Source: an uncultured Methanosarcinales archaeon
GTDB lineage: Archaea; Nanobdellota; Nanobdellia; Woesearchaeales; CALCXY01
NCBI GenBank assembly: GCA_964385185.1
Contig: CAYLOA010000001.1
Span: 12,507-76,506 of the forward strand
Reading direction: 5' to 3'
Length of the DNA stretch: 64,000 nt
The position numbers and the translations under genes were made by a program. The notes beneath the pieces were generated by a model. The model saw only the letters and a list, made by a program, of their open reading frames with translations. It was not told where the DNA came from and did not search any database. Positions 59,010 through 64,000 of this stretch are shown one piece after another (position 1 is the stretch's first letter; every line of letters starts with the position of its first letter).

Positions 59010-59792
59010 TTATTTCTTTTGAATCCAAATGAAACCATCTTTATGTGTTAGGGTGCCATCTGTACTATTTTTTGTTAAATATGTCTGAATCTCTTCTCGA
59101 ACAGGTTGAGGGATCTCACCATAAGGTTTCCTAAGCATAAACTCTATGAGCATTTTTCCTTTGTCGTTCAATTGTAAACAATCTGATATATCTAACTTAG
59201 ATTCAACAATCTCAGCACGATACTTAATCTCCAATTTGTCCAATGTGGAACAAACTTCTTCATGATGTCTCTCAGAACTATACTCATCATTTAATTTAGG
59301 TAAAAAATAATCTTTAAATCGATAGACATCGCCCTTTGATCGTAAACTCAAACACAAAACTCCATTTTGAGTTAAATTATCAACCATTTTGGTAAGTGAT
59401 TCTTTCCAATCTTGAATATAGTAAAAAGTATGGATAGATAGAATGCAATCATAATCCTCATCTGGAGTATTCCCTTCCCACGTATCATTAACAAATTTCA
59501 CATCCTCATTAGATATAGACTGTTTAAAATAATCTAAAAGCTCCTCTGAAGGATCAAGTGCAACAGTATGTACCACTCCGTAATTTTCTAGCTGCCCTAT
59601 TATGGGAATCGTCTTAATCCCGTAACCACACCCAATATCTAAAAGAGAAATATCTGATTTAGGCCTTCCATGAAAATGAGTAGCAAGAGTACGGTTAATA
59701 TATTCTACAGCATTTTTGTCTTGCGTGGTATGATCAATAAAATTAAAAAACAATTGATGTTTTTTTTCGAATAAAAATTCCAACTTGTCCAT
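59010..59792 (-). CDS. class I SAM-dependent methyltransferase
   Basis: LLDIGCGYGIKT is motif I. Confidence 0.7.
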   Translation of the reverse strand: MDKLEFLFEKKHQLFFNFIDHTTQDKNAVEYINRTLATHFHGRPKSDISLLDIGCGYGIKTIPIIGQLENYGVVHTVALDPSEELLDYFKQSISNEDVKFVNDTWEGNTPDEDYDCILSIHTFYYIQDWKESLTKMVDNLTQNGVLCLSLRSKGDVYRFKDYFLPKLNDEYSSERHHEEVCSTLDKLEIKYRAEIVESKLDISDCLQLNDKGKMLIEFMLRKPYGEIPQPVREEIQTYLTKNSTDGTLTHKDGFIWIQKK

Positions 59793-59919
59793 AGTTTAAG
59801 AAATGATTATATTTATTTAAAGGTGTCGATACCATTGAAACACACCTAAAGAAACAAAACCTTTTTAAATAGCCCCCGTCTCCTATACTCATTACGATAT
59901 GCCCTAAAAGGTATTAGAG

Positions 59920-59995
59920 GGCCTGTAGGGTAGCTTGGAATAATCCTTCCGGCTTTGGGAGCCGGCGACCCCGGTTCAAATCCGGGCAGGCCCAT
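59920..59995 (+). tRNA. tRNA-Pro (anticodon UGG)
   Basis: Hand-folded cloverleaf. Acceptor stem is gggcctg/caggccc. Anticodon stem is ccggc/gccgg with loop tTTGGga. T-arm is cccgg-ttcaaat-ccggg. Discriminator is A. No CCA is encoded. Confidence 0.8.
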
Positions 59996-60017
59996 ATATT
60001 TCAAGCAACAAACTAAA

Positions 60018-60248
60018 ATGGCAGAAAAAGAAAAATTCGGATCAGTAAAAAGATACGGTGTAAGATACGGTAGAATTAATAAAATTAAAGTTGCTAAATT
60101 AGAAACTTCTGCAAGATCAAAACATAAATGTCCTTATTGTAGTTATAGCCAAGTAAAAAGACAATCTGCAGGAATCTGGAACTGTGGAAAATGCGAATCA
60201 ACATTCGCAGGAAGAGCATACTCACCAACATCCAGTAAGAGGGTATAA
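60018..60248 (+). CDS. rpl37ae: 50S ribosomal protein L37Ae (eL43)
   Basis: MAEKEKFGSVKRYGVRYG plus a C4 zinc ribbon (CPYC...CGKC). I set the start at 60018. The track ORF begins inside the tRNA. Confidence 0.85.
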   Translation: MAEKEKFGSVKRYGVRYGRINKIKVAKLETSARSKHKCPYCSYSQVKRQSAGIWNCGKCESTFAGRAYSPTSSKRV

Positions 60249-60250
60249 AC

Positions 60251-60388
60251 ATGGTACGATACAAATGTTTTCAATGTAATAAAAAGGTCGGAGACGACTA
60301 TCTAAAGAAAAGAGTACGATGTCCATACTGTGGATCTAAAATGTTATTCAAACCAAGATCAACCATAACTAAAGTTAAGGCAAGATGA
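60251..60388 (+). CDS. rpoP: DNA-directed RNA polymerase subunit P (RpoP/Rpb12)
   Basis: MVRYKCFQCNKKV...VRCPYCGSKMLFKPR, a 45-aa zinc ribbon. Confidence 0.8.
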   Translation: MVRYKCFQCNKKVGDDYLKKRVRCPYCGSKMLFKPRSTITKVKAR

Positions 60389-60573
60389 TCAATCCTGAAA
60401 TGCATAAAGCACTTCATCAAGAATCCTTCACTACTGCAAGAACAAAATTACATATTCAAAAAAATAAGGTAATTGCAAAAGGCAAAGATAAAACTGCACA
60501 AAAAATTGCAGACGTTGCCTGGAAAAAAGCACAAACAATCTTTAACAAGATGGAGAAAATAACAAATGAGTGA
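60385..60573 (+). CDS. small basic hypothetical protein (62 aa)
   Basis: ORF translationally coupled (ATGA) to rpoP. Confidence 0.4.
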   Translation: MINPEMHKALHQESFTTARTKLHIQKNKVIAKGKDKTAQKIADVAWKKAQTIFNKMEKITNE

Positions 60574-60886
60574 CGCAAAAGTTCAAAAATTACAATTATT
60601 GGAACAAAATGCTCAGCAATTGCTGGCACAAAGACAACAATTTCAACAAAGTTTACTAGAAGTTGATTCTGCATTAGGTGAATTAGATAAAACAAAAGAA
60701 GCCTACAAAATTATTGGAAATATTATGGTAGCAACTGAAAAAGAAGATCTAAAAAAAGACTTAAAACAAAAAAAAGAAACTACTGAACTCAGAATCAAAA
60801 CATTAGAAAAACAAGAAGAAGATGTCAAGGAAAAAGCTAAAAAATTACAAGATGAAGTTCTAAAAGATATGGAGAGCAAAAAGTGA
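60566..60886 (+). CDS. pfdB: prefoldin beta subunit
   Basis: Coiled-coil - beta hairpin - coiled-coil layout (...KIIGNIMVATEKED...). It sits in the conserved rpl37ae-rpoP neighbourhood. Confidence 0.7.
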   Translation: MSDAKVQKLQLLEQNAQQLLAQRQQFQQSLLEVDSALGELDKTKEAYKIIGNIMVATEKEDLKKDLKQKKETTELRIKTLEKQEEDVKEKAKKLQDEVLKDMESKK

Positions 60887-61119
60887 GTGCAGAACATATC
60901 GTAGCTAAAATTGATGAACTTCTTGAAGATGAACTGATCACAAAAAATGTCAAAGCAAGATTAACCACTGTTAAAAGTCTTATCACAGAAGAATCAGATT
61001 CAGTGAATGCCAACAGAGCATTAAGTGAATTAGAAGAAGTAAATGAAGATCCCAATATGCCTTCATTTGTAAGAGAAGAAATTTTAAACGTAACCAGTAT
61101 GCTTTCTCAATTACAGTAG
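60883..61119 (+). CDS. UPF0147-like small helical protein
   Basis: 78 aa. Conserved position after pfdB. Contains KNVKARLTTVKSLI. Confidence 0.45.
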   Translation: MSAEHIVAKIDELLEDELITKNVKARLTTVKSLITEESDSVNANRALSELEEVNEDPNMPSFVREEILNVTSMLSQLQ

Positions 61120-61120
61120 T

Positions 61121-61675
61121 TTACTTCAATTTCAAAACTGTATTCTTAGTAAGAAATGAATTAGGGATAAACAAAGTATCTCCTTTCTTAGTGGTAATGG
61201 TAGTCTCTATCGTATTAATCTCCACAATCTTCCCTTCGATATCTCCCACCTTAATTTTATCGCCAACAGCTATAAATCCTTTTTTATGAACAACAATGCC
61301 TGCAATAAAATTAGGTACAAAATCCTTCACACCCAATATCACCATCAAAAATATTAAAATAATAAATCCACCTAATAAGATGTTAAATGCAACCGTCTGA
61401 ATACCTAATCGATCCAATGCTGTGATAATAAAAATGAAATAGATCAAATACGTCACAATCCTGCTAATTAACTCTCCATAGCCATAATCAACAGTGGTTG
61501 CTTTCTTAAGGATCTTATCAAATTCAATTTCTTTCAGAACTTTATGTAAAACCTTACCAGCAACCCTTCCAAGCACAAAACCAATCAGTAACAAAATAAC
61601 TGCCAACAATAATCGTGTAACTACTGGATCAATAATAGCCTGAACTGCTTGCACCGTTTCAATAGGATCTGCCAT
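61121..61675 (-). CDS. small-conductance mechanosensitive channel (MscS-like, short)
   Basis: Three TM helices and a beta domain (GDKIKVGDIEGKIVEINTIETTITTKKGDTLFIPNS). Confidence 0.7.
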   Translation of the reverse strand: MADPIETVQAVQAIIDPVVTRLLLAVILLLIGFVLGRVAGKVLHKVLKEIEFDKILKKATTVDYGYGELISRIVTYLIYFIFIITALDRLGIQTVAFNILLGGFIILIFLMVILGVKDFVPNFIAGIVVHKKGFIAVGDKIKVGDIEGKIVEINTIETTITTKKGDTLFIPNSFLTKNTVLKLK

Positions 61676-61753
61676 AAATTATATAGGGTCAAACAGTTAT
61701 ATAAATGTATCTAAGACACAAACCCTTTTAAACACACCCCTATTAATACACAC

Positions 61754-62854
61754 ATGGATAAAGTCTCAAATAATGATAAAATCAAAGAATTAGAAACAGA
61801 GATAGCTAACACAAAATACAATAAAGCTACTCAACACCACGTTGGTTTAATCAAAGCTAAAATTGCCAAATTAAAAGAAAAACAAGAGGCAAGATCAGGC
61901 GGTGGAGGCGGTGGAGATGGATATTCTGTTAAAAAATCGGGTGACGCAACAGTAATCTTATTAGGATTTCCCTCTGTAGGAAAATCATCCATGTTGAACA
62001 TTTTAACCAATGCAAACTCACCTGTAGGAGCATATGAATTCACAACACTAACGGTTATCCCAGGTACACTCCATCATAAACATGCTAAAATTCAAATCTT
62101 AGATGTTCCAGGAATTGTTTCAGGAGCTGCTTCGGGAAGAGGAAGAGGAAAAGAAGTTCTGGCTGTTATCAGAAATGCAGATCTTATCCTAGTAGTAGTA
62201 GATGCACTCCAACCTCAACAATATGAAAAAATTCTCAAGGAAGTATTTGATACCAAAGTAAGAATCAATCAAAGAAAGCCAGATGTAAGGATTACCAAAA
62301 CCTCCAGAGGAGGAATTAGAATTGGTAAAACTGTAAAATTAGATATGAAAGATGAGACCATCATCGCCATGATGAAAGAATTTAGATTAAACAATGCTGA
62401 TATTTTAATCAGAGATAAAATTGACGAAGATCAATTAATCGATGTAATCGAAGGAAACAGATCATATATTCCAGCAGTAACTATTGTTAACAAAGTAGAT
62501 TTACTTTCAAAACCACAAATCAATAAACTAAAGAAAAAAATACATCCAGATTTATTTATCTCAGCTCACAATAAAATAAATACTGAAAAATTAAAAGATG
62601 TAATTTTTGAAAAGTTAGACTTTATGAGAATTTATCTAAAAGAAGTAAATAAAAAGGCCGATATGGAAGAACCCTTAATTGTCCAATCGCATTTTAAAGT
62701 AGGAGATGTCTGTGCAAGACTCCATAAAGATTTCAAAAACAAATTCAAATATGTCAGACTCTGGGGACCTTCAGCAAAATTCCCGGGACAGATGTTTAGA
62801 AAACTAGACAAACAACTCCAAGACAAAGATGTATTAGAAATACACCTAAAATAG
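61754..62854 (+). CDS. developmentally regulated GTP-binding protein (DRG/Obg-like) with TGS domain
   Basis: G1 GFPSVGKSS, FTTL and DVPG motifs. The C-terminal TGS-like domain includes MRIYLKEV. Confidence 0.85.
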   Translation: MDKVSNNDKIKELETEIANTKYNKATQHHVGLIKAKIAKLKEKQEARSGGGGGGDGYSVKKSGDATVILLGFPSVGKSSMLNILTNANSPVGAYEFTTLTVIPGTLHHKHAKIQILDVPGIVSGAASGRGRGKEVLAVIRNADLILVVVDALQPQQYEKILKEVFDTKVRINQRKPDVRITKTSRGGIRIGKTVKLDMKDETIIAMMKEFRLNNADILIRDKIDEDQLIDVIEGNRSYIPAVTIVNKVDLLSKPQINKLKKKIHPDLFISAHNKINTEKLKDVIFEKLDFMRIYLKEVNKKADMEEPLIVQSHFKVGDVCARLHKDFKNKFKYVRLWGPSAKFPGQMFRKLDKQLQDKDVLEIHLK

Positions 62855-62914
62855 ACCCATTCTCAAACCAAAACCTTATAAATCAATATAAAACAAGGGT
62901 ATTTGGTGATACAT

Positions 62915-63154
62915 ATGGCAAAGAAAGCAGAAGCACAAGGATCAGCTGATGAACAGATAGGGTTCCATAAAGGAGCACTAGCAACATTAGCTAAAGAAAG
63001 AGAAGAAATGGGAAGAATATTGCAAATTGTTGAACAACTAATGCAGATGCACATAAAAGCATTAAAAGATCTTGGTGTAGACCTAGAAAAAGCTGCAAAA
63101 GAAGCTCAAAAAGCAAGTAATACTAAAGCTCCTATTGAAGATTTAGTTAAATAA
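62915..63154 (+). CDS. small helical hypothetical protein (79 aa)
   Basis: ORF. Start placed at the second Met. Confidence 0.4.
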   Translation: MAKKAEAQGSADEQIGFHKGALATLAKEREEMGRILQIVEQLMQMHIKALKDLGVDLEKAAKEAQKASNTKAPIEDLVK

Positions 63155-63164
63155 TTTCTTTTTT

Positions 63165-63647
63165 TTAATGTAACCTTCTTACTTTACCTACATAATTCAA
63201 TACTTTGCCTTCTTTAGCTTTACCACAGCCTAAGAAATCCTTTTTACATCGAACAATAACATAACTATGCAATTTCTCATCACAAGGAATTTGATCGCCA
63301 CTCATCCAATCTGAAAATTCTTCAACATCAACAATACCTTTACTCGCCTTAGGACCAATCATTTGACTCCCTTCAATACTCAACCGTAATCCACCTTTGT
63401 CAATCTCTCCAAAATACATCCCCACCGAACTAATGTTTAACTTATCCAAATCTACATCAAATACACTTTTCTTAGAAATGTAGATTTTATCCTTAGCAGA
63501 TAATAGAAACACATAATCTAACTTCTCAGCAAATCCCCATTGCTCTTTAAGAAAACCATAGATTTCTTTTTGTTCCCTTGTGTTTAGTATTGTTAGTTTC
63601 AAATTATACTCCCCAAACAGGATTTGACTTACGCATAATAACTCCAA
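63165..63647 (-). CDS. NIP7-like ribosome biogenesis protein (PUA-domain, UPF0113)
   Basis: The C-terminal PUA-like segment ...SYVIVRCKKDFLGCGKAKEGKVLNYVGKVRRL resembles NIP7. The true start may be the TTG just after the aIF5B stop rather than the ATG at 63647. Confidence 0.55.
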   Translation of the reverse strand: MELLCVSQILFGEYNLKLTILNTREQKEIYGFLKEQWGFAEKLDYVFLLSAKDKIYISKKSVFDVDLDKLNISSVGMYFGEIDKGGLRLSIEGSQMIGPKASKGIVDVEEFSDWMSGDQIPCDEKLHSYVIVRCKKDFLGCGKAKEGKVLNYVGKVRRLH

Positions 63648-64000
63648 TCTCTTTCATAATTTCTTTCTCTTCAACTGATAAATATTCTTTCAAATCTTTC
63701 ATTTTCTTAAAATCATCTTCAGGAACAGCACTAAACAAAATATCTCCTTCACTAATCTGTCTACCAATAGTTATCCCATCCATACTAATGGCAACTTGTT
63801 TTCCACGTTCAGCTTTTTCAATATTTTTCTGCTCGTGTTGAATTCCATTGACCTTAGTTAACGCAACTCCTTGCTCTTTCATAACTGGAATATTATTATG
63901 CAAAGTTCCTGCTTCAATACTCACACCACATACAGCAGGACCACTCTGTCTGAACACATATCCTTTAAGCACCTCTAATTTACAAGGACGAACAACCTCA
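63604..64000 (-). CDS. infB: translation initiation factor aIF5B (IF2 homologue), C-terminal part only
   Basis: LEVLKGYVFRQSGPAVCGVSIEAGTL...GKQVAISMDGITIGRQISEGDILF matches the aIF5B domain-IV beta-barrel. The frame continues past the window edge. Confidence 0.7.
   Translation of the reverse strand, partial: EVVRPCKLEVLKGYVFRQSGPAVCGVSIEAGTLHNNIPVMKEQGVALTKVNGIQHEQKNIEKAERGKQVAISMDGITIGRQISEGDILFSAVPEDDFKKMKDLKEYLSVEEKEIMKEIGVIMRKSNPVWGV

Noticed and set aside
1-64000. CRISPR arrays, rRNA genes, integrases/transposases, prophage
   Set aside because: I scanned by eye for regularly spaced direct repeats and for recombinase, transposase or terminase-like ORFs and found none. The window appears to be core chromosome.

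Overview
This is an AT-rich, gene-dense stretch of archaeal chromosome. Archaeal origin is shown by S6e, L37ae, RpoP, Rpp21, aRF1, aIF5B, Elp3, Taw3, DtdA, NIP7, prefoldin beta and deoxyhypusine synthase. Genes are compact, and many pairs overlap by 1-4 nt (ATGA or TAATG), which suggests operons with translational coupling. I found no rRNA, no CRISPR array and no integrase or transposase. There is one tRNA, tRNA-Pro(UGG) at 59920-59995.

The housekeeping content includes aspartate kinase, a PurH-like AICAR transformylase, several GTPases (NOG1, a YlqF-like circularly permuted GTPase, and DRG), MetRS, a type-I GAPDH with PGK, a P-type ATPase, a KefB/RCK antiporter, two MscS channels, and a deoxyhypusine synthase with a decarboxylase. 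There is a group of tRNA and translation genes (NSun methyltransferase, Elp3, Taw3, DtdA, aRF1, L11, L37ae-RpoP-PfdB) and a block of secreted or surface proteins that includes an S-layer-like glycoprotein and a lamin-tail-domain protein.

The most unusual features are listed below.
- A co-directional operon at 25353-33135 encodes four large uncharacterised proteins with long charged or coiled-coil low-complexity regions. One of them is a xylose-isomerase/AP-endonuclease-2-like TIM barrel split by a roughly 280-residue charged insertion. The operon ends in a small methyltransferase.
- A response regulator at 12382-13788 has a canonical receiver, a degenerate receiver and a guanylate-kinase domain. 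It sits convergent to an AbrB-PhoU regulator.
- A GC-rich multi-hairpin element at 52210-52330 lies in the 5' leader of a small membrane protein plus P-type ATPase operon.
- Two GC-rich hairpins followed by a T-run at 40729-40785 sit in a divergent intergenic region and may be a small RNA.
- Two tandem HIT paralogues carry altered histidine triads.
- S6e and L11 both end in K/E/P/A-rich tails that share a PAEGDAP motif.

All domain calls are by-eye motif recognition. No database searches were run.
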